DNA of 53,367 nt, counting the filler, from Streblomastix strix (Eukaryota), in the NCBI GenBank assembly GCA_008636045.1. It is 2 parts of 2 records of this genome, joined end to end, with 100 filler letters (N's around TTAATTAATTAA, not from the genome) between each part and the next. Parts side by side here need not be neighbours in the genome. Positions count along the whole stretch, not along the records: positions 1 to 26,659 come from SNRW01000159.1; 1 more part is not named here. One strand, 5' to 3'. The translations under genes were made by a program, and so were the position numbers. Every line of letters starts with the position of its first letter. Position 1 is the stretch's first letter. The notes under the pieces are model-generated. The model did no database searches and was not told where the DNA came from. It saw nothing but the letters and a program-made list of their open reading frames with translations. Below are positions 11,858 through 25,100 of this stretch, one piece after another.

Positions 11858-12446
11858 TCTATAAAATTTATGAAGTGGTGACCAATCAAATTTTGCTTCT
11901 TCTATTTAAAATATACATTCATCGAAACATTATTTATTATCATAAATCATTCTCCTTAATCTATTATTATTGAAATCAATACATTATTTTTCACTTGTTT
12001 CTATAATATCATCATAGATTTTTTTGAACTCTTTATATTATTTAGGAATAAATATTAGCATTGATTTATCTCAATAAGGTATTAGATCTCCTCTATCGTA
12101 ACTTATATTCCTATTACATCATAATTTAATGAATATTCATTGTATGGGTAGCATGACCATGACATTTATATTATCGATAAAAAATAAAAAAAATGTCAGG
12201 GGGAAAAATTAGTTACTCCCTTAACTTATATTTAATGTATGGAGCTGGCTGAATTTCAGCTAGCCCAAAAAATAAACGGAGGTCAGCAGAGCTCAAACCT
12301 ATGGTTTGCATTTAACCTTTTTCTAATTTTTTTTTCAATTATTGCAAATCTTATTCTCACAGGCGTATTTTATAGCTATATCGAATATCTTTTTAATCAG
12401 CCCCTTCCAGTTAATGTTCAATTATTCGAGCTCATAATTCATTGTT

Positions 12447-13560
12447 TCATTCAATGGGATCATATATAGTTGCCTAAAGATCTATATAATCACTAGCAGT
12501 TAATTTCCATATGAAATGTGCTGATGATTAACTACTAGGTAAAATAATACCTTTAGTATGTACTCCAGTTAACCCATTTTTCATTTGAGCTAATTTCGAC
12601 ATAACACCATCCTTTTATCCTAGTTGCATATTTTCACACTTCATTATATTACCATTAATACAATCAATTATATTTTACTTAGTTATAATATTCTATTTCT
12701 AACTAACTCCTTTCAATTTAATGATTTCGTCACTGACAGTGTTAATATATTAATTCTTAGGTGAAATAGCTATCATTATATCACCTTCCTTTACGATTGA
12801 TAGCTCTAATAATTTCTTCTATTCTTTTAAATCTTAAGTTGTTGGGAAATAATACTTACATTTATCATCATAAAATTACTAATCAGTTATTATTTATTAA
12901 AACCCTTGGCTAATAGGTTAATTAATATCTCCAGCTACAGCAAAGTACATTGAGTCCGTATCACCTTCAATAAAATGAAACCTATTTCTATCCAAACATT
13001 TATATAGGAAATTATATATAAAATTAAGATACCAATACTTAGCTTTATCTAGCGTAAAATAAGCTTCTTATAGAGGGTCATACATTTACATTTATCTGTG
13101 TTTAATTACACGGCATAAAGGTTATCATTCAGCTAGCGTTCGCTCATAAAATTACCTGTCAAATGAGTTATAAAAGTGTCATCCTTCGATTTTAATTTCA
13201 CATTACTAAATTTCTCAGTATATATACCATCAGATCCATAGCTAGCGTTCATAACTATCTTATAGAATTGATTTAACCCCTTATTATCTAGATCTATTGA
13301 TTATACTCTCCTGTTCATAAAAGTGTTAACAAATACATTAAACCTATCATGTTTAGTAAAAAGAATGAGTAAACATATATCATCTATAATTAAATGACAC
13401 GTTTTAATTAAAAATCATAAATAATAACTGGAAAATGATATTAATTAATCATGAGTAGATAAAAGCAGGGTTAGCTTCCACTCTTCTTTATCCACTTTTA
13501 AATTATTGGCTTACATAAAATTATAAGTATAACTACCGATTACTTGCTCACTAGTTACAT
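12447..13560 (-). pseudogene. polB: Protein-primed family B DNA polymerase, C-terminal half (palm/fingers/thumb), 5'-truncated
   Basis: Motif B KIVMNASYGSDG, motif C FIEGDTDSMYFAVAG, AISPKN.Y, IKLKGV; one in-frame TGA and one frameshift; TGA stop at 12447-12449. Confidence 0.9.
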
Positions 13561-13921
13561 ACGTGAATCGTTTAATGATTGAGTCAATGATTTTCAACAT
13601 CAATACGGTAAATCCAAGTCCATGCATTGGCGGAATTACATTTATTCTTGTGCTACAAAAATCCTCTTCACGGATCCTTTAATTAGCTGTCTATCATTCT
13701 TCTCTCTCATTCAAATAATTAAATATTTTCCTCAATGGACATAGGTTCATCATCACTGGGTCCAAGACGAGCAATTTAATTGGACATTATTATTAATCAA
13801 AAAGGGTTTGAAAAAATTGTCTCCATCAGTATGGATTATTCACAAATGAGACATATTTCGGGGAAAAAATAAAAATATCTTATTATATTTTTAATTATAA
13901 AATAGAATACGAATAGATCCG

Positions 13922-14600
13922 ATGAGACCGACCCATTTAAAAGAAAAAAGTGACAATAATAATTCTAACATTACTTAAGAATTTGATGATTAAAATTCTA
14001 ATGAATCTCCATAACTATTAACTTCATCTATACAACAGACACAGATGATACCTTAAGTAGAGGAACAAATTAAAAATAATACACAATAAAGTTCATTGAT
14101 AGCAAATGGAATATTTGAAAGTGATTTAGGTTAAATATTAGAAGCATATTGTGAATATTTATGTTAATTAACCGGAATTAATTCATATATTAACCATGAT
14201 CAATGTAGTTAGGTTAGATAGTAACATTTTGATAGCATTAATCAATAAGATATCATAAATACAGATAAATTAATCACATTACCTGATTAAATTCCAATTG
14301 GGTTGCACATTAGAAATATAAATTCTTTATCAATCTAATTATTAGAATAATATTGATAAAAACATAAATCTTTACATTAATAATTCATTGAATAATTATA
14401 TAAACAAAATAATCCTAAATATCGACAAGAAAGTAATATAGTTGAGAGATTAAGTATCAAATAACTTAACAATATATTAGATATATATCAATGATTTAAT
14501 AAATCTTTATTTTTATCTAAAATATTTGTAATTGTTGATACATAAAGTATACATACATTTGAAATTATTTGAAAAATTTTAGTAATTTATTCCATATTAT
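13922..14600 (+). pseudogene. Hypothetical protein remnant
   Basis: MRPTHLKEKSDNNNSN...ANGIFESDLGQILEAYCEYLCQLTG...; in-frame TGAs downstream. Confidence 0.3.
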
Positions 14601-15029
14601 TTTAACGCACAATCCAGCAACATTATATTATTTAATATACATATTAGTGATGAATGTAGTGATATATACTATTTACATAAACAAATGATATAATTAGTCT
14701 ATTAGTTAGTGTAGAAATTATTAGATAAAATTGTTAAATTTTTTTTTAAATTTTGAAAATTTCAAGTTTATTTTTTAAATAATTTTGAACATTTTTGAAC
14801 ATTTTTGGTCATTTCTTAGTATCATTATTTTGATGATAGATATGTAAGGAATTAGAGTAGATTATTTAATAACTTAGTGAAAATGCTTTGCATTCTGACT
14901 CTTTGAATAATTTAAATTGTTAATTTTGATGATTACTGTGTTCGTTTTGTCATAAGGTTTATGGGTATAAATTGCATGAACAAAATAGTTGACTGTGTTA
15001 AAAAAAATACATCATGTTGATGAAATTGT

Positions 15030-15430
15030 CACCAGCCGTGGAGATTACGGTGTTTTGTAGGTATAGTCATTTGGCGCGGAGATTATGGGTACAAGCAGCG
15101 CGGCAGAATTAGTAGACTATGGTGCTGCACATACATATTATTCATAGTTAATCGTTTATGGCGATAGAATCACATTGACAGCATCATGTACAACTACAGG
15201 TCTATTTCCAGGTGGCGGATAATTTGGTGGTTATTTATTCAAAAGTTATCCCTCCGAAGCAAGATTAAAAGCAAATGATTAAGTGATTGCATTAGTTGGA
15301 ACTGATGCCCCTAATATATATGCTATATTTTGTTATATTGACTAAAACGGGCCATATATTAAATGCAATAGACAAATTTCGTCTAATACTGCTCTCGTGC
15401 TTAACATTATGTATTATAAATAGTATGAAT
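15030..15430 (+). pseudogene. C-terminal fragment of a second fibre/receptor-binding-like protein
   Basis: Gly-rich beta-type sequence YYSQLIVYGDRITLTASCTT...LFKSYPSEARLKAND...CYIDQNGPYIK...LVLNIMYY; no start seen. Confidence 0.35.
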
Positions 15431-16436
15431 CGACAAAGAATATAATTATGATGCAAATAATGATAGAAAAACAGATATTATAGACACGTAGAATGTTAAT
15501 GAAAAAGAAAAATTTGAAGCATAATCGTATATCTATGAAACGGTTAAAAAATAAACTGATTTAATCGAGGCCGGAGTGTAAAGTTTTAATAGAACTAATT
15601 ATTTGAACAGTGAAATTAAATTAATGGATGAATTAGCGATATATAAAGCAGATAGAGCAGCATATTTTGTTAAAGACGGTCCATTTATCACATATAGCTT
15701 TGGAGCAAAATTAGCACAATTAGGCGCCAACTTTGATACGCAATAAACCGTATATGAATTATTCTCGACAATCAGCAAAAAAGTATTACAAATTAATACG
15801 AAATATATGCCTATTTATGTAGAATAATAAGAATTTTCTGCTATGCGTTTGTTCAAGGATATGTATGATAAATCGTCAGCTGTTTAGGTTGTTGTAAGTG
15901 GAAAATTAAGTATGTTTGATTGTGAATTTCAAGGTACGTAGATTATTGATAGCTTCACCAATGCATCAGCATCAAATTAAGCATTATCTGAAGAACCCGA
16001 ATCTTAGATCGACGAAGTAATAATAAAACATGAAAAATATTTAGGTTAATCGCCACAACCACAATACTCGATAACAAATGTCTATAAACAGTTTATAATT
16101 AAAGTTTTTTTCCCTTCATCAGCCTATAATACGTACTTTATCGTCGATGATGGCACTTGCAGAATTTGCGTATTTAATCTATATTTCGAATCAAAAGGTT
16201 TGCAAGGGAGATAATAAGAGGTAGGCCGTATTCCTGATTCTGTATTACCTGCAGATAGTAAAATTTTGGGTTTTCCTGCAGCTATATATAGAACATAGGG
16301 CGGAAGATAGAATAATTTTTTTGTGAATTATTTTATTGTAAATTCATAATTTAAAATGATATTCTTTTAATTATCTGAACCATAAGAGTCAATACAAATA
16401 GATTCAGCTGATGTCTTATTTCGCATATCAAATTAA
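15425..16436 (+). pseudogene. Viral hypothetical/minor structural protein
   Basis: ~300 codon mostly open frame (...DELAIYKADRAAYFVKDGPFITYSFGAKL...EVGRIPDSVLPADSKILGFPA...), intronless, abutting the previous ORF. Confidence 0.4.
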
Positions 16437-16815
16437 TATATATTGTTTTTTTTTAAATTTCCTCGTTAACTACTATTTTATTTGCGCATTTTCCCTTCAA
16501 AAATATTAATTTTCATACATATATATGATATTTTATTAATATAGCTATAAATATGCTTACTTTGACTTTAATATTAATATTTTATTTTGAAGTGGGTTTT
16601 CTGTGCTTACAAGATTAATAAAATCTTTAATAAACTTTTAAAAACAAAAATAATAATATTATTCTAATATGCTAAATCTAATATATATAAATTAAAATGT
16701 GCAAACGCCAGAACGCTCTCTCAAAATCAAACATCTTTTCGGTTCAATATCTTTAATCAAAAAATGTTTATATTTATGATAGACTCTCACCAAGCATGGT
16801 TGAAACATAGATGTA

Positions 16816-18712
16816 TGAGCTGTAATTTGCTGAGACGGTGCACACGAGCAGAGATCTCATGAAAGAGGAAATTCCAATGATGCTTAACGGTCTCATTCAA
16901 GGCAATGCTGCTCAGAAGTGTTAGATCACAAAGCGCCTTGTATCAAGTGCATTTCATGGTTTATAAACTTTTAATTTAAAACATAATCATTTATTATCTC
17001 TGCTGATCAGATGCCGATTCGATAATGTCTATTTGTTAACTCTTCCTCTCACCCCTTGTTGTGATGGTCAAAGTTTTCTAATACATTATTTTTATCTTTA
17101 TTCATCATACCAATTTTATAAATAATAGTCATCAACTCCAGAAACTTCAGTTGCTGCAAAGGAAGCTTTAGTAACTCTTATTAGCAGATCAACAGAAGTA
17201 AGAGATTCTTTGATTTAAAGTGGATTTGTTGAATCTGCTCGTTATGCACTGGTTGATGAAAGAACTCCAGAACATACTCAATCTAATGTTCTTGATGTTA
17301 TAACACAATTAATATTCAGTGAAGCTAATCCTGCTGATATGTGTGGGCTATATTTTATTCTTTAAAAAAAATCAACATCAAGTGATGAAGCTTTGAAGGG
17401 AGTAACAAAGAAGGCTAAACTTATTTAAGGTTGTCTTTAAATACGTGAAGCACATTCTGAAGCAATGCCAGATGATCTTTATCAACTTCTTACAGATTTC
17501 TTAGTATTCAAAACAGAAACTTAAGGAAATTAGAGAGAGAATGAAGAATTAAAAAGAATTATTCAGGAATATAGATATAAAGAAGAAGAATTAAAAAAGA
17601 ATCTTTATGAGAAATAGTAAAAGTTGGATGAGAAGAATAGATAGATTGATGAATTTAGACGAATGGATGATGAAAAGAAAGATATGATTGAGAAAGTTAA
17701 GAAGAAAGATGAAATGATTAAATAAAAAATCTCAGAACTTGAAATTTAGTTGAGTGGAGTCAAAGCAAAACCATTTGACATACCAATATCAATTACAGTT
17801 CAACCAGGATCATAAACTAAGAAAGAGGATGAATCAACTTACACATCGACTAGTCGAGACTGTGAAACATTTCCTATTGATACGGTGATGCGATTGGGCA
17901 TATATAAATGCGAGATAAGAATTGATCAAGTTGATAAACCTTGGTTTGGTGTGATGAAGTCAACAATGATAGTTCCTTCTGGAAAGAGCCCTGGTCATGA
18001 CCCATGTATAATTTATTATAAGCTTTTAAATAATAATAAATGGATAAATTATCATAATATTTAATATAATTTTTTATATAAATTCATTTTTTTGTTTTAT
18101 ATTAATCTCTTCCTTTAATAACATTAGATTGCAAAGATAATGCATTTTTCCGATATGAGTTTGATAATATTATTTCAATATACATTAATTTATAATATTA
18201 TATTATATTCATTTTCATACATTTATTAATAAATATTAATATAAACATAGCGGATAAGTATTTAATAACGGAATTGGAGTATCTGGTAACCAAACAATGC
18301 GAAGTGGAGATAAGATAGCAATCGAAGTATATTTGATTTTAATTTATTCTTTTGTTAACTTATTATATTATATTGTTTACTTACTAATTCATACAAATAT
18401 AATATTTGTTCTCTTTTATGTAGGTCAATATGACAGTATTTCCACGTACAGCTCATTTGTTCATCAATGGTGCGTAATAACCAATTTTTATTAAAGGTCT
18501 TCCAGAGTTAGTTAAAATATATGTATGAAAATTGAATTATATTTCGATAATATATCTCACTGATATGATTGTAATTTTCATTTAAATTTACATCCAATCA
18601 GTTCTTCATCAGGAATATAAGTGACTCGGTCACTATTCTTTCATTAAGAAGTCTTCCTGACCCAACTGCAATTGAGATCCGCAATAGTAAAGCTATTTAA
18701 TGGATAGTTTGA
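16816..18712 (+). CDS. Host gene: helical N-terminus, coiled coil, C-terminal SPRY/B30.2-like domain (possibly pseudogenised at 5' end)
   Basis: GT-AG introns at ~16958-17010, 18006-18127, 18159-18250, 18327-18423 and ~18523-18601; spliced product GIYKCEIRI..WFGVMK..GDKIAIE|VNMTVFPRTAHLFINGAQQPIFIKGLP. Confidence 0.65.
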
Positions 18713-18999
18713 AAAGTTAAAGAAATTATCTCATTCTTGACAAATTAAAAACCTAACCTTCACTTCATTGATAATCATTCAAAGGCTATATTTTTATCCC
18801 ATTTCATTCTTTCAATTTAATAAAATACCTTTTAAGTTTAAAATTATTATATTTAATGATTTTTATTTGTTTGAAAAGAAATTACCAAAAAAAATTATTA
18901 ATAAAAATTTTTGAAGTGAAAATGAAATAGTATTTGAGGTTCATCATCTTTAACAACACTTCAATATATATCATCATTACAGCACATTTTACTCCTAAT

Positions 19000-20640
19000 T
19001 CAAATCAATCTAATAGTGTTAAAATAAATATATATATGAATGGATTAATTATTGATTTTTAAATATCCATTGCATTCTATATGATAGCATTGCTAAATAC
19101 GGAATATTTACGAAATAAATTTGATTCTATTTCCTCAACTCCGCCTATTTCTTCTACTTATTCATTTTATCTTTTAGATAAATCCAATAGATTAGACTAA
19201 GCATAAATAATTGTAGAATCCATCCACAATTTACTTCCACCTGCAATTCCAATACATTAGATTAATGCAATTTAATAATCACCTTTAATTATATTCTTTA
19301 TTCTCTTTTATCTTATTATTATCTGAATCTAATTCAAACACAATATAACTGTTTATTTAATTATTCCTATTTAATCTTCATCACTTACTTTATTTTAAAT
19401 TTGATTATATTTCAATAACATTAAAAGTGATTAAATAAGAATATCTGACGAAATTGAAGCTTCTGCATATTCGGGTATTTGAATGACTTTATATAAGATT
19501 GTTATCAATTCATTTATTTATTTCAAAGAGTACGTAGAAGTGATCTATTTAGCTTATTTTCTATTTCTAAAAGAAGATCTGTTTATGAATGAAGTGAATA
19601 TATAAGCAAGATGCGAGAAGAAGTTATGTTCAACAATCACATGATTCTTGAAAATATCTTAGTTGCTCAGCAATATCTTACAAATACAATAATATACTGC
19701 TGATTGCAGTTCTCCAGTTTCTGATGTGTGTGCAATGAATATTTGTTTGGGACAGTCCTCTCTACAATTTAAATGAAGAAGAACTGCAATAATTTCATAT
19801 AAATCATTTTACTTGATAATGAATTCTCCATTAAAACTAGAAGCATGACCAACAATTTTCAATGTTTAAGCTACAATACTAAACTCATCTTTAACAGTTT
19901 ATTATTCCATGTTATTCTTAATCTTGTTGTCTTTTATTGATTTAATACTATTAGTAAATGTTGTAAAATATGTTAATAAAGCCTGTTACAATATTTAAAG
20001 AGACTTTTTATTGATCTTTTTCCCTATAGATATACAAATAAATATTCTTATAATCTGCATCGTTATCACAGAGAAAGTTTATGAATTGTATTTTTTCTTA
20101 TCTATTTTAACCATTTTCCCCATTAAATTCTCTATTTATGATAAAATTCCTGAAACATTAAATTGGTCATAAAATTTATTTATGGAGCTTGTACCAGTTG
20201 TACGAATAGCTATATTTTCAATTATGTCAAGAAGGATAAGTTGAGAATCTGTAATTAGTTAACCAAGATTGTCATTGATTATTTAGAATTATTATTTATT
20301 ATATATTTCCTGCAATATGTTAATATCTATCTGAGAAACAATCGTTCTAAATCTTTTCAAATGAACCACTTTTTCTTCTTCTGACAATAAGTTTGGTTTA
20401 AAAATTTACGAAAATTCGATGTAATCAATTGCAGACTAACTATTATTTTACTAAATAAAGTCGGGTTAATTGTTGGAATTCTACGAATGAGGGCTATTTA
20501 TCTATTTCTTTTATCTTAACAAGAGAATACAAGTATAACATTAATAAATTATTTATTCAATATATGAATCAAACATATTTTTCATTTTACCACAGCTTTT
20601 AAGTTTTATTGTAGTTAAACAGCCAATTTTGTGCAATCTA
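19000..20640 (-). CDS. Host hypothetical alpha-helical (ARM-like) protein
   Basis: ~480 codon open frame with TAR=Gln ending ...LIQCIGIAGG...EQVEEIGGVEEIESNLF...; 5' exon structure uncertain. Confidence 0.55.
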
Positions 20641-20816
20641 AATAAAAAAAATAATTATATAATGAACAACAGTGATATATTAGTTAAATATGAAAATTAG
20701 AAATTAAATAATATTATATATCCCATGAAAATAATTATCTAGCATAAAAGATCCAGTTTTTAGTATTTTTTAGTATTTTTTGTATTTTTCATTTATTTCT
20801 AAGAATTGATCGTACA

Positions 20817-22046
20817 ATGCATTTTTATAGTCAAATTAATTTTGTGCATGATGATTTAAATTATATAATGCGATGGATCAATAAATTACCTTAATTTCAC
20901 TGTTTACTCTACAGAAATACTGATCCACTTTAGCCGATCCTAATTGCTGAAATGGTCTAATCTATCATTGGATCAGAACCCTTTAAAGATATTTCAGAGA
21001 GTACATCTGAAGAAGATTAAAGACAAGATTATTAAACAATACTTAATGTACTTTTGAAGCATATTAGATAGTTACAAATAGATGTTCCTATTCTTGAAAG
21101 TGTATTTGCTGCTCAACGTTTAGTTGATGGCGATATTGAAACTTTTCTTTATTTATTTGACGTATTGTTCTTCTTAACTAAGGATAAAGAAGATGAACCC
21201 TAATTATAAGAAGATCTTAGCTGCTTTCATAAAACTTTAAATGTTGGACATTTCAATTAAGATAACTAATAAGAAAAATGCAGTCTTTTTAGAATAGAAG
21301 AAGCACTAATAAATTTTTCTAATCTAAAAAAGAAGAGATTCGAAGAAGAAATTTAATTAAACAAATGTGATGAAATGTACAAAGACAGAGAATAAGAGAA
21401 AGAAGCTTTTATTACTCCATTCTAAACACCTCTATTTGCAAGGCTTATCAGATAGACGAGACCCATATCCCTTAGTCCAGCTCATTCATTGTCTATAAGT
21501 AATAGTTCTATATTGGAACATGAATTGGAGAAGGGAAGGGAGTAAATATAAGAGATTCATAAAACATAAGCAGAAGGAAGAATTAGAAATTAAACAAAAA
21601 AAAGTTAAAGTCTAAAATCATCATTACATTCTACTCTTACACCAGATCGTAATACTTCAATTATTACTCAATAATCTTCTTTCTAATAATCTCCACTTCG
21701 CTTTTCTTCTTTTTCTTCTTCTCCAACCTCATTCTCATTTTCTTAGAATATTCCCCAAGCCTCATAATAGATGAAACCAATAAATAATTAATACACACCT
21801 GTAATTCCTAATAATTAATATTTTTCTCCACTGAAACAAACATCCTACTAACCTTCATCATCTATATATTCCCCATTTATATCATATTCCCCATCTTCTA
21901 CATCCTCACCAAATACTAAATTGGATCCTTAATCTCCTGAAGCCGTGGGTACGAAGTCTGATAATGGGATTCAATTCACTCAAACAAATTAAAATGTATA
22001 ATCAACCCCTTTACAAGGACCAATATCTATTCCTTCAACTGTATGA
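20817..22046 (+). CDS. Protein with N-terminal calponin-homology-like domain and S/P/Q-rich tail (409 aa)
   Basis: Open ATG..TGA; IMRWINKL...ILIAEMVQSI...QDYQTILNVL...AQRLVDGDIETFLYLFDVL fits the CH pattern; terminal GTATGA could instead be a splice donor. Confidence 0.55.
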
Positions 22047-22199
22047 AATTATTTATTTAACAGTTCTTTCAATCATTAACAAAATTTTCTGTTTGTATTA
22101 ATCAATAAAAAAAACCTAATATAAGACATGAAATTGTTGATTTAATTATCAAAATTTATTTATTTATTTTGTTAATATAATTATAAATGACTTGAAAAA

Positions 22200-25100
22200 G
22201 TAAAATAAAATCACTCAGATGTTAAAGTATAATGCAAAGTTCTATATACTATTCCTTTTTGATTAGATCCTTATTATAGTTATAATTCTATTCAATCATC
22301 ATCTTCTTCAATTTCTCTTCTTCTTTTAAGTTTATTTTTCTTTTCTTTTTTTTCCTTCTTTTCTCTTTTCCTTTCTTTCCTTTTCCTTTCATATTTCCTC
22401 TACTCGTATTTCTACCTCTACTTTTCCCTTTGTTCTTTCCAATACTTTTTTATTTCTCATTTTCTTCTTCTTTGTCGATATCTTTATCAATTTTATTGTC
22501 AATTTCATCAGAATTTTTTCTTTCATTATCCTGTATTTAAAATATGTGTATTTATTCTAATTGTTTCTCAGTTTATTATTAATCAAAGCTTTCATAATTT
22601 AATGGTTTTTATGATTATTTATCGTTTTCTGATTACTATAATATTTAAGTAGGGTGATGATTAGTTGATAGAGAAGGAGAAGAAGAAATTAATGATACTT
22701 GAATGATTGATGAATTCGGTTAGTTTATTTTACATTCAAATTTTTGAAAGTTTTATTATTTAGCCATAATGCTTTCTTATCCTTTATCTATGATATTTTC
22801 ATTTGCATTCTATATTCCTTCTCCTTCTAATTATATTTCCCTTTCTCTTTTTAACTTCTCAATTTCGTTTTTCTCTTAATATTCTTTGGCTTTTTATAAT
22901 TCAGGATTTATTTATTATAGCCAAGCCTATTTAGATTAATTTGACACCCATTCTGTATTAATGAAATATTACTTTAATTGATGTTTATTTAGTTTTTTCA
23001 ATTATTGCGATTATGAAGATGCCTAAGAGGAAGGGGTATTACCTATTGATTGTGAATTATATATATGTAGAGTAGGTGGTGAATGACCCAATGATTTTAT
23101 TTATTAAGATTGAAAAGAAGGAGAAGATGGGGATTGTTGTGATAATAACTAAATGAATGGAGATGTACAATTAGTTTGAGACATTAAAGAAGTGAAGGGA
23201 GACGAATGTGTAGATACAGATTATGCAGAATGAAGTGAGAGAATTTTTGATGAGCGATTTAATAATTGCGCTTAAGATTATTGTAATAATGATTTTTAGG
23301 ATATTTATTATTAATATGGAAAAGGAGATGATTGCAAATAATTTAATAGGTGAATTTAATTAGGAAGGATATTTTATTGCGGTTAATTTGAATTAAGATC
23401 AACTTATTGTTATTTTGATATCATTTCTTTATCTATTTCTTTATTTTCTTCTCCAACGACATTTCCTGTTTATTGGTCATTATTCATCTTACTATTATCT
23501 TACTCAACTCCAATATTTTCAAATTAATTAATATATTATTATTAATTATTAGTTTTATCTTCTTCTTAATTTTATTTATCCTCATCTTCATCAACATTTA
23601 CACTCTAATCTGTTTTCCTTCTTTTCTCTTTTCCTTTCTTTCCTTTTCCTTTCATATTTCCTCTACTCGTATTTCTACCTCTACTTTTCCCTTTGTTCTT
23701 TCCAATACTTTTTTATTTTTCATTTTCTTCTTCTTTGTCAATATCTTTATCAATTTTATTGTCAATTTCATCAGAATTTTTTCTTTCATTATCCTGTATT
23801 TAAAATATGTGTATTTATTCTAATTGTTTCTCTGTTTATTATTAATCAAAGCTTTCATAATTTAATGATTATTATGATTATTAAAATATTTATTGGAATG
23901 GCTACTAATTTTATTATTAATTTAATTTCTATGCATGCTGTTAATATTATTCAATTATAATATCACTTTTATTGTTAAAAAAAGGAATAAAAGAAGAATT
24001 GGAAGCTGAATATAATAATTAAGAATTTGTAGGAGATAAAATCGGTTGAATCTGAGAGAAATTTTTTTATTAATTTAGCAAATTATTATTGTTACCAAAC
24101 ATAATTTTATTATTTTACAAAAATGTTGATTATTATGGAGGAGTAGGGGGAGAAGAATTAAAAGCAAATGTTGATTATATATTTTATGAAGAAGTTGGAA
24201 TGAATTACTGAGATTGATGTTAATATGTTTGCTAAGAATCAATTGTAGATGAAGAGGTTTAATATGATTGAATTGGTTAAGAAGCACTTGGAGATATAGA
24301 TGGTACGTTTTATTGCATTAATTGTTGATTTTATTAGTATTGAAAAGGAGAATATGAATATTGAGTTGAAGGAGAATATGAATATTGAGTTGAAGAATAA
24401 GGATATGAATATGGAGTTGAAGGAGATTATGCATATTCAATTTGAGTAAAAGGAGAAAAAAGAAGTTGGGAATTGGAAAATTTTTCTTCTGCGCTTTCAT
24501 TTAAATCATAAAATTATTTATTATTTTGATATTATTAATATTATTACCATGATATTAATTGGGGTAATGAATTTATATTTAAATTTTTTTACCAATTAAT
24601 TGTATTAGGAATATATGCTGTTTAATCATAGTTTTATAAATCACCCGAGTTTTATATTTCGTCTTCATTATCGCTATCAATATCATTATTTTTATTTTTT
24701 ATATATTCACTATATTTCTTTCTATCATTATCTTCTTCTTCTTTCTTAACATTTGTCAATGTCCATTTGCATATATTTAATAATACTCCTTTTATATTCT
24801 ATTTACTTTCATTCGACTAAATTCCACTTCTAGTTTTTAATTTCATTTATTTGTTTATTTTTTAAGAATGTGATAATGAATAATATTATTAATTGTTCTG
24901 TAATGCGATTGAAGGAGAAGGAGATTAAGATGTTTATGATGGGGAGTTACTTCGAGATATTTATGGGGAAGGAGATGGAGAACGTGAATTAGAGCGAGAA
25001 GATGTTAAATGATGTGGAAGATGTTTTTATTATTAGAAGAAGAATTGATCAACAATATTATTAATCATTTCAGCTTTAAATTATTTGTATAGAATTTGTG

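Larger units (their letters stand above)
1..16450. mobile_element. Decayed endogenous Polinton/Maverick-like (adintovirus/PLV-like) DNA virus region
   Basis: Cluster of intronless, tightly packed ORFs with pPolB, rve integrase, capsid-like and fibre-like products and shared intergenic motifs; many in-frame TGA stops and frameshifts; no true termini identified. Confidence 0.8.

Noticed and set aside
8500..11895. Shared ACCAATCAAATT at ~8507 and ~11881 as a CCAAT box
   Set aside because: Both read as Phe-Asp-Trp codons in small minus-strand ORF remnants; short match, no regulatory support
24330..24440. YSPST-type tandem repeats resembling the RNA polymerase II CTD
   Set aside because: Only about three 8-residue units inside a low-complexity protein, with no polymerase domains
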